63,998 nucleotides of DNA, filler included, from Barthelona sp. PAP020 (GCA_040182905.1; 4 parts of 4 records of this genome joined end to end with filler, not necessarily neighbours in it), one strand, 5' to 3'; shown: positions 41,139 to 53,144, counted from the first letter of the whole stretch. Notes: generated from the letters alone by a model not told the origin. Numbers and translations are program-made.

Positions 41139-41510
41139 CTAACTTAATGATAAAACATCATCTGTTTCACAATTGTTGGATTTGGGGTCATCACAATTCA
41201 TTCTATCATCATATGCAAAACAATTTTGAAGTTCAATCCTTATTTGGTTCAAAGTTTCATATATTTTTGCCATCACTTCATCAACAGATTTGGCTGAATT
41301 TTCAATTCCTCCTTCCAAAATCAATTGATTTTCTTCATTCAATGTATATAAATTGTCAATTTTGTTCCTTACAATTTTTTCTATTTCAGTAATTTCGATT
41401 AGCTGAGAATTTACTTTTTGAATCATATCAACCGAAATTTTCTGTTCCTTTTCAAGTGAATTTTCGTTAATTTTCAATAAAAAGGCCTCCAAATCTTTAA
41501 AATATGACAT
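41139..41510 (-). CDS. Small coiled-coil hypothetical protein
   Basis: 123-aa ATG-started ORF with heptad-like pattern, head-to-head with MAK21. Confidence 0.55.
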   Translation of the reverse strand: MSYFKDLEAFLLKINENSLEKEQKISVDMIQKVNSQLIEITEIEKIVRNKIDNLYTLNEENQLILEGGIENSAKSVDEVMAKIYETLNQIRIELQNCFAYDDRMNCDDPKSNNCETDDVLSLS

Positions 41511-41561
41511 GAAAGGTTAAAAGAAAAAAAAAATATTTTTCTGTATTTGATACAATCATCA

Positions 41562-43692
41562 ATGTTATTTGACCCAGTAATATATTATTTTAGTTATTTG
41601 CTAATATTAGGTTAAATTGGATCGATGGTATAAGGTCAAAACCCCAGGATTAAAACCAAACAGCGAAAATAAGTATTGTAGTAATGTAATTGTTACAGAA
41701 GCAAAACATAAGGCAAAACAATTATTTAACTCAGAGCTAAATGAATTTTCAAATTGGAAGGATGAACAACATAATCATGAAGACAATTGGTTGTTGGAAA
41801 CTGTTCAAAATGGTACTTTTCAAGATAAAATTTCGGCTTTAACGATGTTGGTTCAGGAAAGCCCTGCTCACCGTCTGGAATACCTTGAACAATTGTTGGA
41901 TCTTGCACATTCATGCAATCGTAGAGAACAATTGCAAATTGCTGAGAATCTTTTGGCATTGTTTACGGAGGTTTTAATGCCTCCTTTTATAATTCAACCG
42001 TTTGCTCAGAGAAATCTTGAGTATGCGACCGATGAACAGATGATTTGCTGGTATTTGATGGAACAATTAACAAAATATTATCATAGATTTATTGATATTT
42101 TGGAAGGTTTATTGGAAGAACAGATTTTTAAGATTCAATCAAAAACAATGAATTATTTAGATCAACTCGCAACCAGTGTGCCTCATGCGCGTAAAAGAGT
42201 ATATTCAGTCGTTGGAAATATCTTGGGAAATATGAATCGACAATTATCTTCTAAAGCTTCGTACATTTTAACTCAACAATTAAAATGTTGTGAAAAAATG
42301 GAAAGGGTTGATGGGGCTACGGTTATTCGTGATATTTCTGGTTCTTTAGTTGATATTTGTTTACATAACCCATCTTTTAGAGTTCAACATTTGTCAATTT
42401 GTGTGTTAAATCAAATTAATATGGATAGCATAGCTGCTGGTGAAATTCCAGAATTGGGAACCAAATTAGCCGTGATGTATTTGCAATTGTTTTCACAGTT
42501 GCCATTTGTCAAAGATAGAAATACTGGAAAAAATCAATCAGAGAGTGAAAGATTGATTGCTGTGCTTCTTATTGGTCTAACTGATGCTATTCGTCACTCA
42601 AGATTAAGTGATGTTGAAGTGTCCAAACATATTGGTTCTTTGTTTGCTTTAACCAGACATCAAAATATAAAAGTTGTTGTTAGAGCATTAGGCCTTATTT
42701 TTGACATGCAAAAGAGGATTCCTGACATTCGTGACAGATATTACAGTTCGTTATATGCTTCAATTAGAGCTCCTCCGGATGGAAAGCTTCGTTCTGTGTA
42801 TATGGCACTTATATATCAATCATTATGTGAAGATACTGAGAGGGTTAGGATTATGGCTTTTGTTAAGCGTTTGTTGGATGTGGCAATAATGTCTGATATT
42901 ACTTTCCTTTGTGCAACATTATTTTTAATATCAGAATTGACAAGAAATTTTTCATTTATTCTTGAGTATTTTGAACAAACAGGAAGTCTTTTCAATTATT
43001 CTGAGCCTAATCCATTGAAAACAAACAGTTTGGAGTGTCGATTTTTTGAACTTTCCATTCTGAAAAAGCACTATCATCCTATGGTTCGTACTTTTGCAAA
43101 TCACTTAGAGAATGGTGCAATGTTAACCTATAAAGGTGATCCTTTGACAGATTTTGCGTTTCCAAAGTTTATTGAAAAACTTTTGGCAATGAAACCAAAG
43201 AAAATCAAAAATGAAATGCAAAACGAGCAATTAGAAGAGCTAATTTCTGCTGCAGACAAATCCACTGATTATTTACGTGAGTTTTTGGGATATTTTAAGG
43301 CAGAACTCATGGAAGATGGAATTACTGAAAAAGAAGAAGCTTTATTGGAGGAAGAAGAAGAGGATGAGGACATTCCTGACATCGATGAAATGGATGAAGC
43401 ACAATTGTTGGCTATTATGGAAAAGCAAATGCTTGATGAAGAAGAGAATGAAGAAGAATTGGCTGATGAATTCGATGAGGATTTAGGTGAAACAATTTTT
43501 GCACCTTTAGAAGAATATGATGATATTATTTCAGAAAAAAAAGATAATAAAGATGACAAAAGGCCAAATGATTTAAAAAATGAAAGAAAGAGAACAAGCA
43601 AGAGTAAAAAGAACGATAAGGGTAAAAAATTCAATCTTAGAACTCGTTCTAAATCCAGAAAAGGTGGTAAGAAGAAAGCTCCTTCAATTTAG
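41562..43692 (+). CDS. MAK21: CBF/Mak21 (Noc1/CEBPZ) ribosome biogenesis factor; intron 41577-41610
   Basis: GTFQDKISALTMLVQESP, DRYYSSLY, RIMAFVKRLL, HYHPMVRTFA, YKGDPLTDF. The TTG-started ORF is completed by an MLFDP exon and a 34-nt GTAATA...GCTAATATTAG intron. Confidence 0.9.
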
Positions 43693-44112
43693 TCGTGGGA
43701 AAATAAATTTGAATAAATTCGGTTTTTATTAAGTTTTTTTTGGAAGAAACTATTCACTGTCTTTGTTAAAAATGTTGAATAAAATCATTTTTTAGAAAAA
43801 AGAACTGGAATAATAAAAAAATCAGAAAATAGTGACAATCTGCAAATATGGCAATAAAAACTAAAAAACTGAACGTTAATGGGTTTTTTTATTGTTTATT
43901 GAAAAAATTTCGTTATTTTACATCTATTTAATTGGGTACTTCAAATTAAAATAAGAAAGCATCTTTTGAATCTTTTGACCTTTTAAGATATTCATGAACA
44001 ATATTTGGCTTTCAGTGTCAATCAATTGTTCTAACCTAAACAAATGTTGAATGGTTCATAAAAATGTTTTGGGGAATAATTTTTTTTTGTTTGATATTCC
44101 TATATTTTTAAA

Positions 44113-44838
44113 ATGAAATATTTGACAAGTGAACAAGCTTTTGAGCTTGATCAGCGACTTTTTGATTCTATGAATTTCCCTGTTGAAACATTAGTTGAAT
44201 TTGCAGCAAATTGTATCACAAATGTTTTAATTTCCTATTTTTCAGTTGCTGATGGATGGCATCGAAAGCGAATTCTTTTTTTATGTGGTCCCGGTAATAA
44301 TGGATTGGATTCAGTTGTTTCTGCAAGAATTTTGTCAATGTTAGGGTATGAAAATGTTTTTATTTTTTGCACATCGAAAGTAGCAGCAAAAGAAAATTTT
44401 TACAGATTATCGAAACAAGCTTGTATTTTTGGTTGTAAACTTGTTGTGAACGATAATTCAATCCCGCTTGATTTTGATCTCATTGTTGATGGTTTTTTTG
44501 GGTTTTCGTTTTCTGGGATAGCTCGTCAACCTTATGCCACTTTTCTTGAACAGCTTGTCAGTGTGTGCGATAGAATACCCATTGTTAGTATCGATGTTCC
44601 AAGTGGTTGGAATGTGAATGAACCCGTTCAAAATTTTTCAAAAGTGTTCAAACCGGTGATAAATATTTCTTTGACATGTCCCAAGTGTTGTGCATCATTT
44701 TTTGATCAAGCAGATTCTGGAATCATTCACATTCTTGGTGCTCCTCTAGCTAATAATGAATTGGGTGATGAATTTTCTGTTTCATATCCTCCTGCTATGC
44801 TTGGATGTTTCTTTATTGAAGTTTCTAAAGATGATTGA
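44113..44838 (+). CDS. NAXE: NAD(P)H-hydrate epimerase (YjeF_N)
   Basis: CGPGNNGLD, IVDGFFGFSFSG, PIVSIDVPSGW, ISLTCPK. Confidence 0.9.
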   Translation: MKYLTSEQAFELDQRLFDSMNFPVETLVEFAANCITNVLISYFSVADGWHRKRILFLCGPGNNGLDSVVSARILSMLGYENVFIFCTSKVAAKENFYRLSKQACIFGCKLVVNDNSIPLDFDLIVDGFFGFSFSGIARQPYATFLEQLVSVCDRIPIVSIDVPSGWNVNEPVQNFSKVFKPVINISLTCPKCCASFFDQADSGIIHILGAPLANNELGDEFSVSYPPAMLGCFFIEVSKDD

Positions 44839-45174
44839 ATTGATTGAGAAAGCATAATTACAAATTACTTTGCTAAAAGTTAGTAGTAGAAAGATTTCAT
44901 CGAAAGTTTATTAGAACTAGTTATTTCCAACTCAAAACATAAAGATTGGGAAATGTGATGAAGCTTGCAACGCTTTTAAAAGTTGAATGGTGGAGGCAAC
45001 TCTTTTTTTTTAGAACAAAAAACATAAACAAATAGCCAATGCTTTATTTTTTTATCAAAAACAGTTTAAAAATGGAGAAAATCTTTTGATATGATTTTGA
45101 AAAGACTTCAGAAAAAATACAAAGGGCTTTGCAAATTCTTATTTTCACTAGACTTCTATAAAAAATAAAAAGAA

Positions 45175-46902
45175 TCAACACAAATCAGTACCAAAATATG
45201 CCAAAAATTTTAAATACACGCCATTTGTCCACCCAAATCCATTTTGAACAGGATATTCACCCATACCACCAGGTGCTCCCAATTCTAATGAAGAATATTT
45301 TTCATAAATTTTGTCCTCCGTTAAATAGCTTTTACAAATGGAATCTGTAAATATTTTAGCATAGAATAAAGCATTTGATCGGGATTTTTCAACCAAGACA
45401 CTGACAATCATATCAATTAAAGGTGCCCAAACATTTGGATAATCCCATTGTTGATGTGATTTTACAGTTGATGTTGAAATTCCTCCAGGACCAACAAGTG
45501 GTTTAATTGCATCAAGTATAGCTGTAACATTGATTTCATTTAATAAAGCTTTTCCTTTGGGAGATATGTCTTTGATTCTTGTGGCAACCCAATATGGTGA
45601 AATCAATGTAGGAGACAATACTTCTTCACTCATATTTTCTCTTATATCATGAAACAGCCCAAAAGACCCTTTTAATGAGAGCATTTTCAAATATGCCCTC
45701 GAGGATTCTTCATCAATATTAAAATCTAAATTTAAATGATATTTTTCATTAAAATATCTCAATATCTCGTAATTTCCCCACATCACAGCCTGTAACTCAA
45801 CAGGAACAACCGCAGTGGTACATAATGCAGATGTGTCACAATTATTTTCATTTGATGAAATTATACACTGATCATTCATCCATCTACTCGAAAAATCAAA
45901 GCCACTTTCAGCAGCAGCACGAATATCAATATAATTGGCACCTTTCTTGTTGGCGGCGGAATCTTCTTTGAATGATTCAGCACGTGGACCATCATTATTG
46001 CTGGAATATCTGAAATATCCATCTTTTCCCAAGCGATTATCCATAAACCATTGAATTTCTTTTTCTAATGAGGAAATAAAAGGAGAAAGATCTTTATCAG
46101 TCACATTAGAATATCTCAACAGCATGAGACCAAATACTGGAAGTTGAGAACGACCCTTAAAATATGCTCGTGCACCATTTGGAATGTATCCAATATTTTC
46201 AATCATCCATGCACAATTCTTCAATAAACTAAATGCAGTATCATACATTTCTGCTTGAATCAATCCTTCCAATATCCACAAGCTGTCCCAATAATAAAAT
46301 TCTCGAAAACGACCTCCAGGTACAACAAAAGGTTCAGGAAGATCAAAATGACTGTATGTATGCACTTTTCTTCCATCAATAACATTATTAAATGTACGTA
46401 GTAACTCTTTCCAACGATTATGAATACCTTTCAACGTATTACTTTGATCAGAACAAGTATCAATATTAAAAGTTTGAAATAACCCAATTGAACTCTTCCA
46501 ATCATCAGGAGTAATATTTTTTAAAGCTCTTTCAGGTTCAATAAAATACTCTTTGAAAAATTCTTTCATTCCATCATAATCCAATGCCCTTTCAAACCCG
46601 GCAAGAATTTGTTGTGGCAAAAAATATGAGGGCATATCAACAAAATACTTTGAATCATCAATCCCAATAGAACTAAAATAAGTGGAAGCTTGCTCTAAAA
46701 TTTCAGAATTTTCATAAACAGTTAAACAATCAGAAATTAACTGCCCACTGAAAATATAACTGGTAATTAATACAAAAAGTAAAAAGAAAACTCCAAATCC
46801 AACAGATAAATGGGAAAAGGTTTTGGTTTTCCAAAATATTTGATTTGAACTTAAAACATCACTATTGCCATTTAAAAATTCATTTTCCTCATTAGAATGC
46901 AT
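45175..46902 (-). CDS. Alpha,alpha-trehalase (GH37) with N-terminal signal/anchor
   Basis: DSKYFVD, VPGGRFREFYYWDS, PNGARAY...RSQLP, PRAESF, AAESGFDFSSRW, QQWDYPNVWAP, EKY, GEYPVQNGFGWTNG. Confidence 0.95.
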   Translation of the reverse strand: MHSNEENEFLNGNSDVLSSNQIFWKTKTFSHLSVGFGVFFLLFVLITSYIFSGQLISDCLTVYENSEILEQASTYFSSIGIDDSKYFVDMPSYFLPQQILAGFERALDYDGMKEFFKEYFIEPERALKNITPDDWKSSIGLFQTFNIDTCSDQSNTLKGIHNRWKELLRTFNNVIDGRKVHTYSHFDLPEPFVVPGGRFREFYYWDSLWILEGLIQAEMYDTAFSLLKNCAWMIENIGYIPNGARAYFKGRSQLPVFGLMLLRYSNVTDKDLSPFISSLEKEIQWFMDNRLGKDGYFRYSSNNDGPRAESFKEDSAANKKGANYIDIRAAAESGFDFSSRWMNDQCIISSNENNCDTSALCTTAVVPVELQAVMWGNYEILRYFNEKYHLNLDFNIDEESSRAYLKMLSLKGSFGLFHDIRENMSEEVLSPTLISPYWVATRIKDISPKGKALLNEINVTAILDAIKPLVGPGGISTSTVKSHQQWDYPNVWAPLIDMIVSVLVEKSRSNALFYAKIFTDSICKSYLTEDKIYEKYSSLELGAPGGMGEYPVQNGFGWTNGVYLKFLAYFGTDLC

Positions 46903-47123
46903 TAGAAATTTGATGAAAATTATGAAAAATCTACAAAGTTTTTTTCGCAGTGATTTAATCGATTCTGAAGATTTTTATATTATCTGTTGTTGAAAAAATG
47001 GTTCTTGAATAAAATTTTATAAATTTAAAAGATTTGAAAGAATGAAAGAAAAAAAAATAATTAAATTAAAAATAAAATTTAAACATTTTTCTATAATAAT
47101 ACAAAATTTCTTTTAGAAATTGA

Positions 47124-47450
47124 TTTATTTCCAAGCCAAGAAGCACTGTGCGCATAAGTGAAAAAAAAGAATGGTGTTTATTTGGTTAAAGGCTTTTGAG
47201 GCCCGATTGATCTGTTGAAAAACTTTAGATTTTCAAAGATAAAGTTTAAACTTCAAAATTTTGCTTTTGGATAGAAACAAAAAAATGGGAATGAGGAATT
47301 TCTATGATATTCTCCTGCTTGATCGTTCCAATTACATTTCAATCCCTCAATTCCCCTTCTGGGATTTGGACTGAAATTTGCCAGAATGAGTTTTCTGAGT
47401 TTACTTTCTTTGTAAATAAATATGGTTGTTTCACAACTGGACCAAATTTT
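47124..47450. repeat. Dispersed ~320-bp non-coding repeat, family A copy 2
   Basis: Same orientation and colinear with 483-800; diverged centre, conserved ends. Confidence 0.9.
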
Positions 47451-47864
47451 TTTTTTCTTTTTTAGAAAATTTGGTTTTGAAACATGCAAAAGTCAAGGTA
47501 GAATTGATTTTTAGAGTTTTTAAATCAGTTGACTTTTCTTCATATTTGGCCTTTTTAATTAAAATCGGTCAAAGTGTCATATGTTTCTTTTCTTTTGCAT
47601 TTTTCAAAAGAATGCTTGATTTTTTTTTTTTTGTGCCTTTTCTGTTATCAATTTTGAAAACAAAAGGAAAAGGAAAATCAACAAATGTGGTTTTACAATT
47701 GAAAGAGGATTTTTTTTTTCGAAAATGAAAAAAAAATCAATTATCAAATTAAATTTATCAATTATTTTGCTCGAAATTCCTTTGTATTTTTGATTAATGA
47801 AATTCAGAATTGACACACGTTTTTATTGTCAAAAGTTTGATTGAAGTTTTTTTTTTGAAAAAAA

Positions 47865-48617
47865 ATGGAATCCATCAATGATTTGTTAATAGCAGCTTCA
47901 AATGGAGCTATTAAACAAATGGAATATTTTTTGGACAAATTTCCTCAATGGATTAATGAAAAAGGAAGTGTTGGTCAAACACCTTTAATTTGTGCTGTTA
48001 CACCCGGTCATATGAAAGCTGTGAATTTACTTTTAGTCCGAGGAGCGAACGTTGAAGAGAAAGATCATTTTAAGAGAACTGCTTTGATGCATGCTGCTGA
48101 ACACAATCATTTAGAAATATGTGAATTATTGATTCAGCATGGAGCTGATGCTTATATGAGGGATTATGAGAATCGTTGTGCTTTAGATATGATTCAACCG
48201 TATTTGAAAAAAAGATTAGTTTCTATGGCCTTACGTCAACGTTCTATGATGTCTTCATCAAAATCTTTTGAACCATTACGAATTTCTTCGATTCCTCAAA
48301 TGTCTTTTGACGAAGAAGAACAAGTACAATCCTTTTATTCTTCTGATTTTGCTTCAGGACCTGTTGGTTTCAATAAACAATTTGATCAAGCAGTATTTAC
48401 TTCAAATGAACATGAAAAAAAAAATATTCGAGATTCTGAAATGTTGGTGAATCGAATTCGACAGAACATTTCCATTTCTGATATCAACACTCAAAATAGT
48501 TCTTTAAATGATATACAACAAGAACTTGAACTTTTACGTTCCACGTTAATTAAAATTGTCAAAAAATTGGATGTTGTTGAAAGAGATCAAATGATACAGA
48601 GGAATCAATATTATTGA
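47865..48617 (+). CDS. Ankyrin-repeat protein with C-terminal coiled coil
   Basis: GQTPLICAV...LLVRGANVE, RTALMHAAEHNHLEICELLIQHGAD. Confidence 0.9.
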   Translation: MESINDLLIAASNGAIKQMEYFLDKFPQWINEKGSVGQTPLICAVTPGHMKAVNLLLVRGANVEEKDHFKRTALMHAAEHNHLEICELLIQHGADAYMRDYENRCALDMIQPYLKKRLVSMALRQRSMMSSSKSFEPLRISSIPQMSFDEEEQVQSFYSSDFASGPVGFNKQFDQAVFTSNEHEKKNIRDSEMLVNRIRQNISISDINTQNSSLNDIQQELELLRSTLIKIVKKLDVVERDQMIQRNQYY

Positions 48618-48757
48618 TTTTTTTTCATGTGTAAAGTGTTTTTTAATTTTTTTATTGAAAATTTTAACCAAACTTTTAACCAATTTTAAAGGGGAAAGGG
48701 ATGAAGGAAAAGAATAAACGTTTCAAAATGTAAAAGATAAAAAATTTCAATTTACTA

Positions 48758-51316
48758 TCAGTATTGGAAAACTTTGGAGTTGGAGCGTGTTCGTGTCCTT
48801 CGAGTTTTAGTATGTTTTTCGACCATGTTCCATAAATCAGAAAGAGTTGAAGGCTTTCGTAAACAATCTGTAAAATGACTGTTGCTGTACATTGGTGCCA
48901 ATTCATCTTCATCCATAGCAGTATATAAAATTAATGGTCTATCAAATCCTTTATCATATAATTTCCTTGCACATACAAACCCATCAAGATCTGGTAATTT
49001 GGCATCAAATAGAACAATATCTGGATCCTCTTCCAAAGCTTTATTAATACCTTCATTTCCAGTGCTTGCACAAATAACACTAACATGTGAGCCTTGAAAC
49101 GAGGAAGTAACAAAAGAAGTGTGAAATACATTGTCATCTACTACTAATAATTTGACAATTGGTGGTTCATCAGGTTCTAAATGACTTGTTACAGGTTCAA
49201 AACTGGCAACATCTAATTGCATTGTGGGATCATTTGTACACATATCTAAAATTTCCCAAACGCTTGCAGTGTGTTTGTCTAAAAAGAAAACATTGCTGAT
49301 TTCTTCTTCAAAAATTGAATAAATGTTCTTCAAATCTAAAAGATCACCAAAAAGGATTAAACGCGCATTTGTAGCTGTACTTTTGAATAACTTTTTGTGT
49401 TCTTCATTAAATTTTAATGGTATCTCCACAAAAATAATTTGTGAACTATGAAACAATGTATAAGCCAAACGATTATTCAAAGTCGTTATATGCGGTCCAT
49501 GTACTGGATAAATTCTATTCAGAACTTGAGATGTTAATCTTTCTAACTCAATATTATCACAGCAAATAACTGTAGATGTTGCAGCAATAAGTTGCAACGG
49601 TTTTCCAACTTTAACATAAGGTAAATTAACAGACAAACGGAATGACGACCGTCCATTTAAAGGAAATATATCTAAAGAACCATTTAGTGGTGGTAAAAAT
49701 GCACTTAAAAAGGCTTTCAACTGTTGTGGATCATCAGAAGTTTCAACGAAATTAGAATTTGATGAATCCCACACATCTAATACCAACATTTGTTGAGAAG
49801 GATTATGACTGACATTCCAAACAATCGTAAGTTCATTGTTATCACCAGATACAACTTGAGTTGCACGCAAAGGTCTTGAAGCAATGAATTGTAACAATCT
49901 TGAAAATAAGGATAGATCAATGATAACTTCATAATCTCTGAATGTATAGGCTATTTGATATATGGAATGAGTTAGCTTTACATTATGTGATTGAGCTAGT
50001 TCTGTTAAAACAGAAGTTTGAGTGACAACTTGATGTTGAATTTCATAAAACAACATCGATTGATTCCGAGCAGATATTTTAATGTTTGAACTTGTAATTA
50101 AAGATAAATCATCAAGAGTAACTCGCAATTCTTGCGAAGCACTCCAACATGATTTCCACAGAGAATTTTGAGCTTCACTTAATCCATGATCAGCTAAAAT
50201 TTGTAAAAACCCTTGTAATGAAGAAAGAGCTGTTCTAAATTGGTAGGGTACTGTCTTTAGATAAAGATCCCTGAATTGTTGCCCTGAACTTTGATTTACA
50301 ATTAATTGTTGACAATGAAATAAAATACCACCAGCAAGATACAACAGAGAAGCTATGAAATAAACAACTGGAACAAATAAAAACAGATAAAGATAGATAT
50401 AATTAAAAGAGGAATATTCAATGTCCAAATAAAAATCTGTTCCACGCAAAATCAAGAATAAAGAAAATGAAAATGAAAACAACCTCACATTAACCAATGA
50501 AGCTATTAATAAAATCAATAAAACACTTAATATTAAATAAGGTTCAATGATATACAAACCTATTAAACAAAAAATACAAACAATAAAACAATTGGAACAG
50601 AATCTTTGAGATTTATCAAACAAATTCTGAATTAACGGAAAAGTTATTATTGTTGATGATTTGCTCAATAATAGAACAAAGGGTATAACAAAAACAAAGA
50701 TTGAAATGACATTGTAAAAAGAAAAATACAAAGCTTTGAAAGCGATATGACCTATACTGAACTCCAACGAAAAATGCCAAAAAACCAATGAAAATATCCA
50801 CCCAACAAAGAAACGGGAAATAAAAGTGATTAAAGCCAAAAAAAAAGAATCATAAAAATTCTCAAAAGTAAATTTTAAACCTAACATGTAAAAAAATAAT
50901 TGTTCGATTATTAAAAATAAAACTTTGATAAATAATAAACCTAACACTTGAAAAGTTAAATCATATGAATTTGAAAAAAAACCAATACAAATATCACTGA
51001 TAAAAACACCATAACCAGCAAATTTCGGCCCAAGATGCAAGCAATATAAGAAATCCAAGGCAATTATTGGGCTAGTAAAAATGAAAAAATTATCAAACCA
51101 AATATTGGTAAAAGAAAAATTAAAAATTGAAAATTTGGCAAACAAATATATAATACTTAAAACCATCATTCGTCCAATTGATATAAAATTATTTGATATC
51201 CCAGTTGATAAACGATTCAAATCCAATCTGGAAATAACTTTCTCAAAATTTAAATTGTATGGTATAAATGCCAAAAAACTGGCATCTTCATCATCTATCG
51301 GAATCAACGATGACAT
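48758..51316 (-). CDS. Multi-TM hybrid histidine-kinase-like protein with degenerate kinase core and C-terminal receiver domain
   Basis: ~330-aa hydrophobic N-terminus; H-box-like LKTVPYQFRTALSSLQGFLQIL; receiver LLVVDDN...PDIVLFDAKLPDLDGF...ILYTA...LRKP. First ATG at 51316. Confidence 0.8.
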   Translation of the reverse strand: MSSLIPIDDEDASFLAFIPYNLNFEKVISRLDLNRLSTGISNNFISIGRMMVLSIIYLFAKFSIFNFSFTNIWFDNFFIFTSPIIALDFLYCLHLGPKFAGYGVFISDICIGFFSNSYDLTFQVLGLLFIKVLFLIIEQLFFYMLGLKFTFENFYDSFFLALITFISRFFVGWIFSLVFWHFSLEFSIGHIAFKALYFSFYNVISIFVFVIPFVLLLSKSSTIITFPLIQNLFDKSQRFCSNCFIVCIFCLIGLYIIEPYLILSVLLILLIASLVNVRLFSFSFSLFLILRGTDFYLDIEYSSFNYIYLYLFLFVPVVYFIASLLYLAGGILFHCQQLIVNQSSGQQFRDLYLKTVPYQFRTALSSLQGFLQILADHGLSEAQNSLWKSCWSASQELRVTLDDLSLITSSNIKISARNQSMLFYEIQHQVVTQTSVLTELAQSHNVKLTHSIYQIAYTFRDYEVIIDLSLFSRLLQFIASRPLRATQVVSGDNNELTIVWNVSHNPSQQMLVLDVWDSSNSNFVETSDDPQQLKAFLSAFLPPLNGSLDIFPLNGRSSFRLSVNLPYVKVGKPLQLIAATSTVICCDNIELERLTSQVLNRIYPVHGPHITTLNNRLAYTLFHSSQIIFVEIPLKFNEEHKKLFKSTATNARLILFGDLLDLKNIYSIFEEEISNVFFLDKHTASVWEILDMCTNDPTMQLDVASFEPVTSHLEPDEPPIVKLLVVDDNVFHTSFVTSSFQGSHVSVICASTGNEGINKALEEDPDIVLFDAKLPDLDGFVCARKLYDKGFDRPLILYTAMDEDELAPMYSNSHFTDCLRKPSTLSDLWNMVEKHTKTRRTRTRSNSKVFQY

Positions 51317-51457
51317 AAAGACATTATACAAAAAAAAAAACTACTTCTTATAAACTCTCCATTCTTTGAAAAAAGGCACATTCAAAAAGATTTGATAACA
51401 TGTATATATTTGTTTATTTTAGATAGTTGATAACAATTTTTTTTAATTAATTTTATT

Positions 51458-51784
51458 ATGTTCCTTTTAGATTCAAATGGTGGACTTTTAACGACAGTCA
51501 CAACTGTGGTTGTTTTTATATGTGTGGCTATAAGTCTCATTTGTGGAATATTGGCTGCAAGAACCACCGGCAAATGGCATGGATATTTATGGTTACCTCT
51601 TATATATGTGCTTCAGGTGGGAATTTCAAGTTTATTAATGTGTTTAGTTTTAGTTTATCCAGTTTCTCAGTGTCTTCTTGCCTTAAATCTCAATCCTTCT
51701 CCTTTTTTTGTTTATTTGTCAGCCGGTTTGATTATTGTATTTAATCTTTCTCAGAGTTTTGGACTTGGAGCTTTTGTTGCTTGA
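51458..51784 (+). CDS. Small 3-TM membrane protein (TMEM170-like size and topology)
   Basis: 108 aa with three hydrophobic segments; family assignment weak. Confidence 0.55.
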   Translation: MFLLDSNGGLLTTVTTVVVFICVAISLICGILAARTTGKWHGYLWLPLIYVLQVGISSLLMCLVLVYPVSQCLLALNLNPSPFFVYLSAGLIIVFNLSQSFGLGAFVA

Positions 51785-52142
51785 TTATTTTTATGTGTTG
51801 GCTTTTAAATTTCATTTGTGAAAAATATGTTTGTTTGATTTGGATAACCATCATTTATGGTATTTTTCTGCTTCTATTTGTTGGAAATTGAGTTGTAATT
51901 TTTGATATTTTAGCTATTACAATTTCTTTTTGAAAAGGATTTGCAACAGCGAATAAAACAAAAAAAAAAATATCCCGCAATACGCCTAATTTACTGTGAA
52001 CTATAATGCCAATAATTTTTCTTTAAGCATACTTTCATTTTCCAAAACCGGTTCTTGTTTCTTTGAAGAATTTGTGCTCTTTGCTTTCTTTGATGAACTT
52101 CTGGTTCGTTTTTGATCCTTTTTATTTTGATCCTTTTTATTT

Positions 52143-52242
52143 NNNNNNNNNNNNNNNNNNNNNNNNNNNNNNNNNNNNNNNNNNNNTTAATTAATTAANN
52201 NNNNNNNNNNNNNNNNNNNNNNNNNNNNNNNNNNNNNNNNNN
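52143..52242. other. Assembly spacer
   Basis: Ns flanking TTAATTAATTAA. Confidence 0.97.
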
Positions 52243-52277
52243 TACCCTGAATCATTTGATTCTTTGTTGTTATTTCA

Positions 52278-52372
52278 CTTTCAATTTTGATATCCATTAA
52301 TATCAGAAATTGCAAGAAGAAACCTTAAACACATTAACACATTTATATTGTCTTTTTTGAAATCTGTCCGCT
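52278..52372. repeat. ~95-bp repeat, family B copy 1 (partial extra copy at 52561-52587)
   Basis: tttcaattttgatatcc...atcagaaattgcaagaagaaa...atttatat...tgaaatctgtccgct shared with 55320-55411. Confidence 0.88.
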
Positions 52373-53144
52373 TTGCTAAGAAAATGTGTGGATGGATCGG
52401 GTATTTAAAGAAAAGTGTAATACTTTGTTTCTGCCCCTGATTGACTTTAAATGTCTCCAATTATGTTCTCTTTGTAAAACTTTGATATTCTTTATTGACG
52501 TGTTCAAATTGCTTTTATCATTTATCTTGCAAATCAAATGATCCAGTATTATTACTGAGGTTTTCAATTTTGATACCCATTAATAACAAGAAAAAATTAC
52601 ATGACATTTATTTTGTATTTTGCGAGAAATAATCTCATTATATGCCAAAAACAATTGCTTGTTCTTTGTAAAAAGGTGTTATTTTTTGTTTTATTTGTAC
52701 TTGAAAATAATGAACTTGATGAAAAATAAATTCCATTTCATAAATAATTTATTGATTAAATAAGAAGAATATATGAATTAATTATAAAATCAACATTTTC
52801 AATGAACTCTTGGCAGTAACAAAAATGGTTAAACGTAGCCAAGAGTGAGTAATATGGGATTTATTTATTTTTTTTCATGTTCAATTATTTTATCTTCAAG
52901 ACAACCGGTAATAAAAATTAACTCTTTCTACAATCATAATTTTATTTATTATTCAAACCATCAATTTTGAAGTGTAAAAAGATGAAAAAAAATTCAAATC
53001 AAAATTTTTTTATGACATCCAATTAACCAGTTCAAATTATTGTTGATGTAAAAACAGGGATTTGTGTCTTTGAATTTGGAAAAGAATTTGCCATTTCCAA
53101 TTCAGAAAATTTCGTCTGTTCCAATTTTTTTTTGATAATTTAGT

